Assembly (NCBI GenBank): GCA_050273025.1
Contig: CP158636.1
Location: 10,106,001-10,170,000 of the forward strand
DNA: 64,000 bases
Reading direction: 5' to 3'
Source: Cenococcum geophilum
Lineage: Eukaryota
Made by a program: the position numbers and the translations under genes. Each line of letters begins with the position of its first letter. Positions within the stretch are counted from its first letter, which is position 1. The notes beneath the pieces were generated by a model. The model ran no database searches, had not been told where the DNA came from, and saw nothing but the letters and a program-made list of their open reading frames with translations. This document shows, in pieces, positions 1 to 11,989 of the stretch.

Positions 1-23
1 CCAAACAGGGAGAAGAGGCGTAC

Positions 24-662
24 CTTGCGTTTCTTCTTCTTACAGTTGACACACGCACCCTTGACTCTCGTAATTTGATACTCAATTCGTTCTTGCGCAG
101 TCATAGGTTTCTTCCGCCGTGGGTTCAGCTGTGCGCCGTCGGAAGCCCTCCAGACATCGGTCATCGCGGCTAAGGAAGGGGTGGCGCTGCTAATTTCCCT
201 AGGGTTAATGGAGGCCTTTACAGACTGCTCTCCTTTTAAGACGGCAGCATACGTTGGACGTGCAGTAGCTGCAGTGATTGTGGATACCGCTTGGTGTGGA
301 GCAGATTGCGAGTTACGAGATTGACTGATTTTTCCGATCGTCCGCGACAAAGCTTTGGGATTCGAATTACTATGAGAAGATCTAGCTAATGACTCTGAGG
401 CACCCTTCGTGGTTGGAAGGTTTAATGGCCGTGGGTTCATTTCCTTATGCTCATTGATAATGAAACCCATCAATGCCAGCTTCATCCTTTCCTTATGGGT
501 CTTACCAGCAGGAAAAGACCGCTTGAGACATTCGAAAAGCTCGTCAGAATCCTTGTCTGGGCTGAACTCGATGCCGGAATATGGATCGTACGGGTCGTTT
601 GCTTGGGCAGATTTTCGGGAAAGCTTAAAGCCCTTGCTTTTGGGCGTAGAACTTATGGACAT
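24..662 (-). CDS. 5' exon of a probable Zn(II)2Cys6-like DNA-binding protein (gene runs off the left edge)
   Basis: Stop-free frame from ATG at 662 (MSISSTPKSK...) to ...RRKKPMTAQERIEYQITRVKGACVNCKKKKRK, followed by a GTACGC donor at 23. CxxC plus a basic run matches the first half of a fungal zinc cluster. Absent from the ORF track because it has no stop in the window. Confidence 0.65.
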
Positions 663-1227
663 GGTAATGGAGGATATGTCAATTGAGTAGGATAAATGAA
701 TTTGGTTGAATATATTCTGAACAGCTTGCTACACCGTAAAAAGATGAGGATAAGTAGAAGAGAGCGGATCTCAGCCTTGCAAGGCTAGCATTGGCGGTAA
801 GAAATTGAATATTTCGATGGCATAGAATTGAATAATATTTGCGGGGAGGAGGCAATGATGGTGAAATAAAGCCAAATGTATAAATGGTGATTTGAATGAG
901 ATAAATACGCTCGGGTGCAATGAAGCACCGCATTCCCGTATTGGGACTCCGCAACGCCAAGACTCACAAGTATGATGGCGCTAGGCGATATCCCAAAGAC
1001 GCCTTGAAATGCTTTGCTACGGCTCATCAGACCTTGAAATGATAGAATAACCCAACCAGCCGCGATAAAAGTAAATGCGTAAATAAAAATGTATATCGTC
1101 ATCATAGGTTCGTGCCTAACAAATCTCAACGTCCTGCCTCGTTGGAGAAGCCTTTGGTAACTCATACTGATGTCCAAATATGCCTACTCTAGTACGTGAC
1201 GCTTTTGAGCGAAGATAGGTTATAGAG

Positions 1228-2535
1228 CTAAAGAGAGTCAGAGTCTCTCGGGTGCAACAATCGGGAGTACGCCCTTGATGAAAGCCGCCTATAGCCAAGC
1301 TGCCGCGCTATTAATGCAATATCAGACGTGAGAAGCCGTTCGGTATGAGAGGGCGGCTGTGTCGACAAAGTCTCAGAACCCCAGAGTGGCTCCCTTATGG
1401 CAGCGCCACTGTCCTCTCGCAAGCGGGCGTACAGGCGCTCGGTACGCAGGAATGGAAGGTTTGTTACAGAGTCCAGGATGATGTCGTGAATCTCCAGGTA
1501 AGCTGCGGAGAAGAACTTTGGGTATTGGCTTTCGGACCCAGCGACAATATTGCAGATGCTGGTGAATTCGGCAATGGTAAGGTCCTCATTGGGGTCACTG
1601 GGTACGAGTTGTACAATCTTCAATAATCGAAGGTTAGGGAACGCTCCAGCTTCGTACAGCTTTCGAAGATTCGACTTTAGCTCTGCTCCGGTAGTCATAT
1701 AATTCTCGTCATGCCACTCGGGACACACGGTATCCGTTCCACAGCGGTGAGTTGGCGGCCGATTGCTACACGGATCTAATCTAATTATGGCTGACCGTAG
1801 TGATGAATAAACTCGAGGTCTGCTACTGTTGTGATTGAGGTTGCCCTCGTATGTATCTTGGGAAAGGTGGCAGAGAAGCTTAGGACACAACGTGGAAATC
1901 CTTAAACGCAAATGGTGTAAACGAGGTATGATGGCACCAACTGCGGCACAGATATGATTGTTGACCCTGATCTCCTCAATTTGTGCCTGGGTACGGAAAA
2001 CTTTGACAAAGGTACCGGAGGTGTCGCGCGTCAAGTAGTATTCTTGGATGGTGTTGCTTTCATTAAAATCAAGACCTAGCGTGTCTAGTTCAAGGTTGAC
2101 AACCGTTGTTGGAAGTGCTCGGAGAATTCGGGTGAGAAACTTGGGATATACTCCCCATCTCCGCCTGTGTTCGCCCGCTACAACTAAAGAAAAAGTTGTT
2201 AAAAAAGACATTCTTGGCATGATCCGCTTCGAAAATGGTATCAAATGCTTGAAGGTAGCCCGGCCAGCGAACATGTTCTTGGAGTCAAAACCGAACGTGA
2301 TTGACCGTATGCGTTCGAGGTTCACGCATTGGGATAAGAATTGTTCTATTCGCGAGGGCGAGCGATTATCAAGCTCGAAGATGATATTTTCGTATAGGAT
2401 GGGAATCCCCGTTTCGTACCAGTGACGGCAACATCGTATACACCGAAGGAAAATACCTGACGAGGAGCACTCAAGCAACTTTTCAAGAACATGAATGAAG
2501 AGTTCTGCCGGAAGGTCTTTGATACGAAATGCCAT
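1228..2535 (-). CDS. F-box-like domain protein
   Basis: 435-aa ORF; N-terminal IKDLPAELFIHVLEKL...CIRCCRHWYETGIPILYENI is F-box-like, followed by LRR-like segments (LPTTVVNLELDT, IPRLHHLRLRI). Confidence 0.75.
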   Translation of the reverse strand: MAFRIKDLPAELFIHVLEKLLECSSSGIFLRCIRCCRHWYETGIPILYENIIFELDNRSPSRIEQFLSQCVNLERIRSITFGFDSKNMFAGRATFKHLIPFSKRIMPRMSFLTTFSLVVAGEHRRRWGVYPKFLTRILRALPTTVVNLELDTLGLDFNESNTIQEYYLTRDTSGTFVKVFRTQAQIEEIRVNNHICAAVGAIIPRLHHLRLRISTLCPKLLCHLSQDTYEGNLNHNSSRPRVYSSLRSAIIRLDPCSNRPPTHRCGTDTVCPEWHDENYMTTGAELKSNLRKLYEAGAFPNLRLLKIVQLVPSDPNEDLTIAEFTSICNIVAGSESQYPKFFSAAYLEIHDIILDSVTNLPFLRTERLYARLREDSGAAIREPLWGSETLSTQPPSHTERLLTSDIALIARQLGYRRLSSRAYSRLLHPRDSDSL

Positions 2536-2901
2536 TTTGAGTGGGCCCGGTCACTGCATGAAGGTTCAGGCTTAGATCATTGTAATAGCGAGAGCGGTAT
2601 TTCCATAAGCTTTTATGAGCATTACTTACAATTATTGAATTTTCAAACGAGTAGTAATAGAGATTTTCTTCATTAGAGTTACTTCGATGGTAGAAGGGTC
2701 TTCCAGTGTTGGCCCGTGCTGGAAGGCGGAGACCTTGAAGTCCCATTCGCGATCCTCGATATTATTCAGACCTTCACACAGCTCACAATATTGAAACCCT
2801 CCCTGTCAAGCAACCTTTCAATTCACTCGACCCTCGAGGACCTCTGTCTTTAAAACTCGCCTCGCCATCTAGATAAACCCTTCCCAACAACCTTGCCCAC
2901 C

Positions 2902-3488
2902 ATGGCCGATATCGAAATGGACATCGACCAACCACAGGCAGCCTTCTCCGAGCCCAAAGCCAGCGAAGCGCGCACACAAGCAGGCGCTGTTGCTGTACGC
3001 TCTATCGAGGGCTGGATTATTATGGTCATGAACGTGCATGAGGAAGCTAGTGAAGAGGATCTTACGGATATGTTTGGAGATTACGGCGAAATCAAGAATC
3101 TACATCTGAACTTGGACCGGAGGACTGGTTACGTGAAGGTACAACTCTTTCTTTTACCCCTGCTGATGCATGCGCATGTTTGTATCGCTCCGCTGCACTG
3201 CACCTGGATGTTGTCTTGTGGGTTAGTGGGGCAAAGCTGATACGAATTGGGATATAGGGATATGTTTTGATCGAGTATCCGACCCTCGCAGAAGCGAAAG
3301 CTGCAATCGAAGGCGCGAATGGTCAAAAGCTTTTAGATCAGACTATTGCTGTTGACTTTGCGTTTGTGCGGCCGCCACCTGGGAAGGGACAACAGGCAAG
3401 AGGTGGACGAGGTGGTGGCGCCGCCAGAGGCGCCGGGCGCGCGCGAAGTAGGAGCCCTGGAGAAGCAAGAGATGATAGAGATGATTGA
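2902..3488 (+). CDS. RBM8A: RNA-binding protein 8A / Y14 (exon junction complex); exons 2902-3138 and 3258-3488
   Basis: [48 protein letters not shown] is the Y14 RRM. GT-AG intron 3139-3257 restores the frame. Confidence 0.95.
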
Positions 3489-4865
3489 GTTCTACTATTG
3501 GTTTAGGGGACTACCTACCACGAGTGAGGTCGGTTGGGAGACATAGTGGACATGATCTTAAAATGAGGGCTAAAATAATTCGGCCTTTTCCCGACCTAAC
3601 AAGGCGTATGGAGTCATAGGAAAATCAAGCTTACCAATCTGTTTTGCGATCAAGACAGGTTGGCCTCTCTACCATTGCATTGTAAGTACTTGCTCGAATC
3701 CACTAACAGAACGCGTCTAATAAGTCTATAGGCGCATGTTCTGATACTGAAAACTTCATGATTATTTTATATCCATACAGTGTATGAAGAGGCCGCTCTA
3801 TTCCTTCGAGTTCTTCTAAGTCGAACTTTACTCGACTCTTGATTGTACTAATTGTGTTGATTAGCACTGGGTAAGGCGGTATTTCTCAAGATCGTCTCAA
3901 AGGCATCTAATTGAACTAATTTAAAAGAGTCGCTAAATCTCGCAGAATGCTCTTCTCACTTGAAAAAGGAGGGCTGTTTTGCTATTTCCTTAGTTGGAAA
4001 TATTCTAGAGATCGTAATATGTAGGAATTTGCTCCATACATTCTACAGGCAGCTACAACTACCATGACCTCGATTTTAAGGAGCCTAGCTTACGACGCTT
4101 AAGATACGCACATACAATAAATAGCCTTTTAAACCAATCATAGCGGTCAGATTACGTGATTCCATAGCGTTTTGACGCATGGCTTTCTATAATAGGCCCC
4201 TAGAAGATTGGTGCTACGTCATGATATACGCCTTATATATCTTATTCTTCAATATGTTACATGTTTTTCGAACCATTCAACTCGCACATAGCCATGGCTC
4301 GCTCGTCAACTTCTACCATTGCAGCTGCGTGAACCAACTTTGGCGAAAGTTGAAAAAGCTGTCTGGCTCCTCATTAATGAAGTTAATCTAAACACTATAA
4401 AATTTTAATACCTCTATTCCATGGCAAGATGGCCGCGCGGTCTATGGCGCTAGCTTCGGGATTTTCCTGAGGAAACTGCTAGTATCGAAAGATGCGTGGG
4501 TGAATCCCACTCTTGTCAATATGACAACATGGGACACTCTCTTTTTGTTTTCAAGGTCTCCTTTTGGCCCCCTTGCGTCCCTGGATCAGCTGGGCTAGAT
4601 ATTTGTGGAAGGCGGGGTGACTAAAAGTGGTTGTATGACTAAACCACGTGAGCGGTCAGCCTCCATCGCAAGCCTCGATACACCTTTCAACCCCCAGAAC
4701 TCAATCCCAATTGGTCTGAAGCTACACCAACAGCTTTCTGACCGCTCGAATTTCCCAAATGCTTCCCATATAACACTTTTAGTCCGCCCTCTTGTGGAGC
4801 GGCTTTTTTTGCGTCTGTTCCTTCTCCGCCTTCTACGTATTTCATACTGGGCTTCACCGAAAAAC

Positions 4866-6878
4866 ATGATCTTGCGTATAGCACCATCAGGGGTCTCAGC
4901 CTGGAGCTGGGCCTTGGTACTTGGTGCTTTCTTCCTTCTGGTAACTGAAGCTAGTCATGTAGACAGTAACGTTAGGATCTCTCTGCGTGAGCATCTAGGA
5001 CGATCACGCGCTAACTACCATCAGCCGCAACGACAAGCTAGAATCCCGCTGCATTCTCTTGGGGATTTTAAAACGGATACGCAAACCCCTTTCCATCCAA
5101 AGATACCTCAGCCCGGCGAACAATCTCCCACATTCGACCTTCCACTCAATTCCCTTGAAGAATTACACCATGCGCTCGAGACGATGCAAAGCGATTACTT
5201 CGAAATATGGTTGGGAAAATGGCCCGCCGCGATTGACTGGACGGCTGCAGTCATGGGCACGCACGTTTCTGCCGCCCTCTACTCTCTCACACGCTCGCTC
5301 TCTTACATAATGCCCGGTACGCTTGTGAAGGATACGCCAGATATGCGGAAAAAGGACAGTGAGCTAGAGCTGGAGGGACAACGCATCGAGAACGAGATCA
5401 ACAAGTACTTCTCGCAAGCAATCACCTACTTCTTCGGGGAGGACCACTTCGCAATCCGCACGCAGGCCTACGACGATATGCTGTGGGTCGTGCTCGGGTG
5501 GCTCGAGAACATCAGGTTCATTCGAGAGCACGATGATCTGCACTACCCGCCAACAAGCCACTCGGCTGGCGGGTCAAAATGGTATGGCAAGCAATTCGAA
5601 TCCGCGTTTGCGCACCGCGCTCGCGTCTTCTACGATCTGGCGCAGAAAGGCTGGGACTGGAAGCTATGCGGCGGCGGCATGAAATGGAGCCCGCACACGA
5701 CACCGTACAAGAACGCCGTCACGAACGAGCTCTTCATCACCGCCAGCGTCGGCATGTACCTCCACTTCCCCGGCGACTCCAACTGCTCGCCCTACCTCGC
5801 CGGCCATATCAACGCCGCCTGCACGCGCGACTACACTACGGAGGGCTGCTGCTCGCCGCCCTACGGCCCCGCGGTCCCCCACGACCCGATATACCTGGCC
5901 GCCGCTGTGAACGGGTATAAGTGGCTGAAGAGCTCCAACATGACGAACGCGCAGGGCCTATACGTCGACGGCTTTCACATCCGTAACTGGGGCAAGAACG
6001 GCAGCTCTGGCACGGGGCAGTGCGACGTCCGCAACGAGATGGTGTACACGTACAACCAGGGCGTGCTGCTATCGGGCCTGCGCGGGCTGTGGGAGGGCAC
6101 CGGCGACGTCGCCTACCTCGAGGATGGCCACACGCTCGTCCGCAACGTCATCCGCGCGACCGGGTGGCAGCCGGGCTACGACCTGCACGTCGCCTCCTTC
6201 ACCCCCCACCACTTCCCTCCTCCGCCCCTCCCAAAACCGGCGTCAGGCGGCGAATGGGCTGGCCTCGGCGTGTCGGGCATCTTGACCGAGCTGTGCGACC
6301 CGGCCGGCAAGTGCTCACAGGACGCGCAGACTTTCAAGGGCATCTTCTTTCATCACCTGACCCTGTTCTGCGCTCCGCTCCCCTTGGACCCGCTTGTGCC
6401 GGGGAAGACGCACGCGGCGACGCCGACGCATGCTATGCTGCATTCCCAGAGCTGCAAGGAGTACGCGCCGTGGGTCGTGCGGAACGCGCAAGCGGCGCTG
6501 AGCACGAGGGACCGTATGGGCAGGTTCGGCATGTGGTGGGGTGCGGGGATGGCGGGGGGCCAGAAGCAGGGGCAGAAAGAGAGGCCGGAGGAGAGGCCGG
6601 ATCGGGCTCCTGCAGAGTATCCCGTCCCGCCGCTCCCGGCTGGCGCGGTTGACTACCGTAATGATCCCACCGCGCTGCTCGAGCGGACTGAGGACGGTGC
6701 GGAGCGTGCTGGCACGCTGTATGGTGGGATGTCGGAGGGCCGGTACGTGCGGAGAGGCGTTCAGGCGCAGGCGGATCCGAATGATCGGGGGAGAGGCCGC
6801 ACGGTCGAGACGCAGGGGTGTGGGGTTGCGGTTGTGAGGGCCATGTGGGAGTTTGTGAATATGTATCGGCAGGAGTAA
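4866..6878 (+). CDS. Glycoside hydrolase family 76 protein, probably secreted
   Basis: Motifs AYDDMLW (catalytic DD), CGGGMKW, YKNAVTNELF, YTYNQGVLLSGL, DAQTFKGIFFHHL; hydrophobic signal-like N-terminus after ATG 4866. Confidence 0.9.
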   Translation: MILRIAPSGVSAWSWALVLGAFFLLVTEASHVDSNVRISLREHLGRSRANYHQPQRQARIPLHSLGDFKTDTQTPFHPKIPQPGEQSPTFDLPLNSLEELHHALETMQSDYFEIWLGKWPAAIDWTAAVMGTHVSAALYSLTRSLSYIMPGTLVKDTPDMRKKDSELELEGQRIENEINKYFSQAITYFFGEDHFAIRTQAYDDMLWVVLGWLENIRFIREHDDLHYPPTSHSAGGSKWYGKQFESAFAHRARVFYDLAQKGWDWKLCGGGMKWSPHTTPYKNAVTNELFITASVGMYLHFPGDSNCSPYLAGHINAACTRDYTTEGCCSPPYGPAVPHDPIYLAAAVNGYKWLKSSNMTNAQGLYVDGFHIRNWGKNGSSGTGQCDVRNEMVYTYNQGVLLSGLRGLWEGTGDVAYLEDGHTLVRNVIRATGWQPGYDLHVASFTPHHFPPPPLPKPASGGEWAGLGVSGILTELCDPAGKCSQDAQTFKGIFFHHLTLFCAPLPLDPLVPGKTHAATPTHAMLHSQSCKEYAPWVVRNAQAALSTRDRMGRFGMWWGAGMAGGQKQGQKERPEERPDRAPAEYPVPPLPAGAVDYRNDPTALLERTEDGAERAGTLYGGMSEGRYVRRGVQAQADPNDRGRGRTVETQGCGVAVVRAMWEFVNMYRQE

Positions 6879-7350
6879 ATGGTTTGTGGGAATGCATTTT
6901 CATGTTATAAGTACATGTAGTTTATATATGGGTTCTGGAATGTGATTTTGTGACTTCAGTATTTGTGTATCCTAAGGCGGTGGTGTGTTATGAATCCAAC
7001 CTTGGCGTAAAAAAGAGGCTCGCTTTGAACACACAGTCTAAAGGGCGATGTTAGCTCTAAATACGGTCGTATATCTAAAGGTGGTACTTTCCTGTGCATT
7101 TTGGATCTGATAACAGCCACAAGACGACCTAAGAAACTTCGGCAAAAAATGTTATGTAAGTTATATATATAGCTATCCACTGCTCGATCTACCTAGGTAA
7201 GCAAGCCATCGACTGCCAAGCTTGCCAGAAAGCTTAGCCTCGGTCTGAAGGTTCTACGCCACTATGAAAGTTTCCCAAGGTAATCATCGCTCGCGAACGA
7301 CGAAACGCAGCGTAGCGTATGGTGATATTCACCTATAATTACCAGCCACC

Positions 7351-9337
7351 ATGGAGCTGTTTCCCAGTACTGACCCTTCTCTTCCTCCCTTCTCTTCTCT
7401 CGCGTATCTCTATTTCACTATTCTTCTCTCGTCTTTCTTAATCACTTTCGATCTTACCAGGTTCAGTAGAAGCACGCGGAAGACGACCGGACACTCGGTT
7501 AAGTTCAAGAAGGTAAGATGGAGGGCTGAGGACGCGCTGGATCTGCGATTGGAGAAGCGGACGTGTTGATGCGGTTCTGTACAGATTGCCATGATCGGCT
7601 GTGGCAGCATGGGCGGCGGTATGGCGCTGCTGTTCGCCGAGAATGGCCTTGGAGTCTCGCTGTCGGATTCTTCGGAACAGGCTATGGATAAGGTGATTGA
7701 CGAGGCGAAGAAGGATGGATTTGGAGAGAGGATCAAGAAGTTTAAAGGTGAGAGAATGTTCAGCTTACGCATTGTTTCTGCTGGCATTTCTACGTATCTG
7801 TATCTACACCTATTATTCGGAACCGCCGGAATAGTCGGTGCTGTATGCCGAGACATAACTGGCAGCATAATTAATATTTGGTAGACTACAAATCTCTCTG
7901 TGCCAGCCTCTCCTCCCCCAAACTTCTCATCTTCTCTCTTCCACACGGCAATGTCGGCGATAAGGTCCTCGAAGGATTGATGCCCCACCTGACCTCTAAC
8001 GCCATCATCCTCGACTGCGGCAATGAGCACTATGCCAATACTGAGCATCGTCAGGCTAAATGTAAGGGCACAGGCATCCACTACCTGGGCGTCGGTGTCT
8101 CCAGCGAGTACCAAGCTGCGAGAGCTAGGCCTTCTATGTGCCCTGGTGGTGACAAAGAGGCGCTAAATACCGTTATGCCTCTATTGGAGCAGGTAGCAGC
8201 GAAGGGTAAGGAGGGCAAGCCGTGTGTGGGCATGGTGGGAAGAGGAGGCGCTGGTCATTATGTTAAGATGGTCCACAATGGCATTGAGCATGGGATGATG
8301 AGTGCGATCAGTGAGGCTTGGGGTATCATGCGTGCAATGGGAATGGAATATGAAGAAATTGGCGATGTATTTGGGAGGTGGAATGAAAGTGGTGAGCTTG
8401 TAGGTGTGCTAAATTTGAGATATTCCCCTTTCCCCTTTTCCCCTTCCCCTTTCCATTTACGCACAACTTCAAGAGATAGCAGTAGATACATCAACTAGCA
8501 TGCTCACCACTCAACTAGCGCGGCACATACCTCATCTCCATCGGCGCCGACCTCTCCCACAAACGCGACTCCTCCAACAACCTGGTTCTTCCCACCGTCG
8601 CCGACAAAGTGGTTCAAGACATCACGGGTGAAGAAGGCACAGGCATCTGGTCCAACACCGAAGCCATCGAGCGGCACATCCCCGCGCCGACCCTCAACGC
8701 CGCCCACACCTTCCGCCTCGCCTCCGCCTATCTCGGCGACCGCGAGTGCGCCGAAAAGACCATGGGCGGTGGCTTCCCGCCGCAAAAGATCGAGCTGGGC
8801 AAGTTCAAGAAGGTGCAGTTCCTCGAGTCGCTGCGCAAGAGCGTCTACACCGCCTGCCTGGCCAGCTTCATCCAGGGCCTGAACGCCATCGACGCAGCCA
8901 ACAAGGAGCACAAGTGGGAGATCGACTATGCGGCTGTGGTGCAGATCTGGAAGGCCGGCTGCATCATAGAAGCGGACTACATCTCGTCCGAGATTCTCGC
9001 GCCGGTGCTGACCGACAAGAACAGGTCCGCCGACAATTTTAACCTGCTCTTCAGCCAGAGGGCCATGCAGGACGTGAAGAAGTGCTTCCTTTCGCTGCGC
9101 AAAGTCGTCGCTAAGTGCGTCGAGACGGATCAGGCCGTCCCCGCCCTGAGCGCTAGTCTGGAGTATTTCAAGATTGTCACGGGCACGGATCTTCAGACGA
9201 GCTTTTATGGAGCGGAGCTGGATTACTTTGGTCATCATATGTTCGATGAGAAGGGCGAGGAGGAGATTGAGGGGCCGACAGAAGGGAAGCATCATTATGA
9301 GTGGAAGCCTGCGAAGGGCGTGCTCGTAGATCTCTGA
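7351..9337 (+). CDS. 6-phosphogluconate dehydrogenase (decarboxylating) paralog, possibly decaying; exons ~7351(or 7483)-7512, 7585-7747, 7885-8399, 8519-9337
   Basis: IAMIGCGSMGGGMALLFAE Rossmann motif, GHYVKMVHNGIEHGMM, GTGIWS, QIWKAGCIIEA, ELDYFGHH. Three GT-AG introns give a continuous frame. Start codon uncertain. Confidence 0.85.
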
Positions 9338-9657
9338 TCCTAAGGGTTGGCTTTGTGAAAAAGGATAGATCTGGTCACGAGTGTTATGAGTATGAATAGA
9401 CGAAGGATGTGTCTTATGATATGGCGTCGGATGTAATAGATTTTATTCCTAGGTGGCTCAAGCTGCGTGATTCTCATGTCAAACAATATAAAATTATACA
9501 GAGAAAGTACATTCTAACGCAACGCGCGCCTTTCTTTAGTAAGATACACTCCAATATTCCCCAAAGCCGCTCATGCATTCAAGTAAGTTCAGTTACTCCC
9601 AACCTCCAAAAATCAGCCAATTCCCCAATTCTACTCGGTACTTCCCTAATTTCAGCA

Positions 9658-11366
9658 TCAACCCCCGCCAAACCCCTCATCTACGCCCCCCTCCTCCTCC
9701 TCATACTCCTCGCTCTGGCTATCCTCACTCGCCCCACCCCTCGCCCACTCCTCAGTCTCTGCAAGCGCCAAGCTCTCGCTCAACCCCCTACTCCCCTCCA
9801 GCCCCATTTGCACCTCCTCCGCAACCATCGACGCCGTAACCTCAATCGGCGACTCCCCCTCCTCCTCCGGTACCGGCTCGACCTCTCTGAGCTCCCCCTC
9901 CCCCTCCGCATCCGCACCCCCCTCCGCCGCCGCAGCAAACCCCACACTCTTCCCCACCCCCCCTCCCCCTCCCGCCTTCTCCTCCAGCACATCCCCGCTC
10001 CACGGCCTACACTCCCTCACCACCTCCCCGCACCGCAGACACGTCCACCCTTCCCCGTCCTCGTTCGCGATGCACTGCGCCACGCACGCGAAGCAGTACA
10101 CACACCCGCACGGCACCGTCTCATACGGATTCGTGATATCCGTCGCCGCGGACCCAACAACGCCGCCGCCGCCAGCCGCACTCGCCGCCAGCGCAGCGGC
10201 CTCGCTGCCCGCGGCGGGGTTCTGGTCGCGGTAGCAGATGGCGCAGGTGCGGGGGGGGAGGAAGCCGAGCTCGCCCGTCGGGGCGGCGGCCTCCTCAGCG
10301 TCCGGAGAAGCCGTGCGGGAGGCGGAAGAGGGGCGGCGGAAGAGGGGGAGGAGGAAGGCGGCGGTGCGGCGGTAGGCGCGGGACAGGATGCGGCGCCAGC
10401 GCGCGATGCCGACTAGGGGGAGCAGGAAGAGCAGGAACTCGGTGAAGGCGTGCCAGACGAGCTGGCGGTTAAGGTACTCGAACGAGACTTCGCGCGAGGC
10501 GGCGTGCGAGGTCGGGGTGAGGCGGAGGCGCAGGAGGCGGTCGAGGAGCGTCCGGTAGCGTCCGTTGGTTAGGAAGACGAGGAAGGAGGCCATGCTGGCG
10601 ATGTCGTGGGCGGAGTTGAGGAGCTCGGTGACGCGGTTGGCGAGGCGGAGGCGCGGGGATGGGGCGCTGGTGTAGTCTTCGGATGCGGTGAGGAGGTGCG
10701 TTTCCCATTTTGTCCAGGCGTAGCGGCCGCCGACTGTTAGGGCGCCGTACACGGCTTTTTGCCATGGTTTTGGGGGAGGGCGGGAGGGGAGCGAGGAGCG
10801 GGCGTCGGTGTAGCGGAGGCCTTGGAGGAGCGCGCCATACGAGGCGCTGTGGTCCCATATGGAGAGTTTGAAGACGATGGCGCGGAGGACGAGGAGGATT
10901 TCCGGGGTGTAGGTGTCGGTGAGGTGGGACTGTGATGTTGCTTGTTAGCCATGCTGCTCGATTCTAGCGTTCCTGGGAGGTGCTGTAGAGACGGGGGACG
11001 TAGGGGTAGCAGTGAAAGAATACCACATAACACCTAAAAGGACAGAGAAAATGATAGCACACTTACGCCTAAATATTTCAGTCCCTCCCCCACCTGTCCC
11101 TTCAACAGCTCTAGCAGCTCTTCATCCAGCAATTCCGCGTCGACCTGGCCCACCCTGAACGCAGGCCTTGTCCCTTCTCGTCCACCAACACTGTCCCATA
11201 AACCAAATCCAGCGCCTCCTAGTCTGTTGAATGGGTATGGTAGCCGTGCTACCGACGAGGCATGTGCTTCGTTCCTAGCAGTAGCGCGTGCTCGGGCTTC
11301 AGAGTCGCGTTGGGCGCGGCGAGCTGCAATGCGTTCTTGAGCGGCGGCGAAGTCGGCGGAGGCCAT
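9658..11366 (-). CDS. PEX2: Peroxin-2, peroxisomal RING-finger ubiquitin ligase; exons 11366-11067 and 10929-9658
   Basis: FRVGQVDAELLDEEL, SFEYLNRQLVWHAFTEFLLF, RING CAICY...PCGCVYCFACV...CLRC. Intron 11066-10930 (GTAAGT...CAG) joins in frame. Confidence 0.95.
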
Positions 11367-11989
11367 CTGCGCGGCATTGGGGGTTGGGATGGTGTGGAGG
11401 TGTGGGAGGTATGATGTGCATGTAGGTGTTGCTGGCAGGTCGCATGAGATTTTGGGAGTTGCAGCTCTGGGCCGAGGTTGACGATTCGTTTAGGTGTTGC
11501 CGCACAACATATGCTTGAGGAAGGTCTGAGAAAGATCTAGAGGGTAGTATGTGCCATGCCGTACCAAGGAAAGGTCTCCTTAGAAGGCCCTTTGTTTAAA
11601 TGTAAATCAGACTGCGGTCAACCGCGTAAAGACATCCGGATGAAGTTCCGAGCTAGGGGGATGGTGAGATATGGTGAGAAATACTGACAGGACGATCAAC
11701 CTAGCAGCCTAACTAGAGTAAGTTCCCAGGCGTTCAGGCATGCACTACTTTTATGCAAATTAATCTTTCGCAATAATCTCTCGCAAACTTCTGCCTGCCT
11801 GAGATATAATATTTTCGCGCGATAGACGATCACCAAGAATGACCTCTCCAAATTCCATTTCCGTTTTCAGACCTTATTACCCGTCATACTAGCAGCCTAG
11901 CTCGTGCAGCCTACGCAGATATACTGCATCAAATTATTAATCCTAGGAGAGGCTTTCCTATTCGGTGAGTAATCTATAAACTCATTTAA

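Noticed and set aside
409..690. Plus-strand ORFs 409-690 and 447-686
   Set aside because: Antisense shadows of the minus-strand zinc-cluster-like exon.
785..1177. 130-aa hydrophobic minus-strand ORF
   Set aside because: Non-ATG start in the track, no recognisable motif, and it lies between two same-strand genes. It may be UTR or intergenic, so it was not called.
4605..4865. N-terminal extension of the GH76 ORF from GTG 4605
   Set aside because: A eukaryotic gene; ATG 4866 precedes a signal-like hydrophobic stretch and is the more plausible start.
5364..11033. Numerous long overlapping ORFs (e.g. 6020-6652, 7410-8114, 8504-9295, 9409-10416)
   Set aside because: Alternative-frame or antisense ORFs caused by high GC3 in the GH76, 6PGDH and PEX2 genes.
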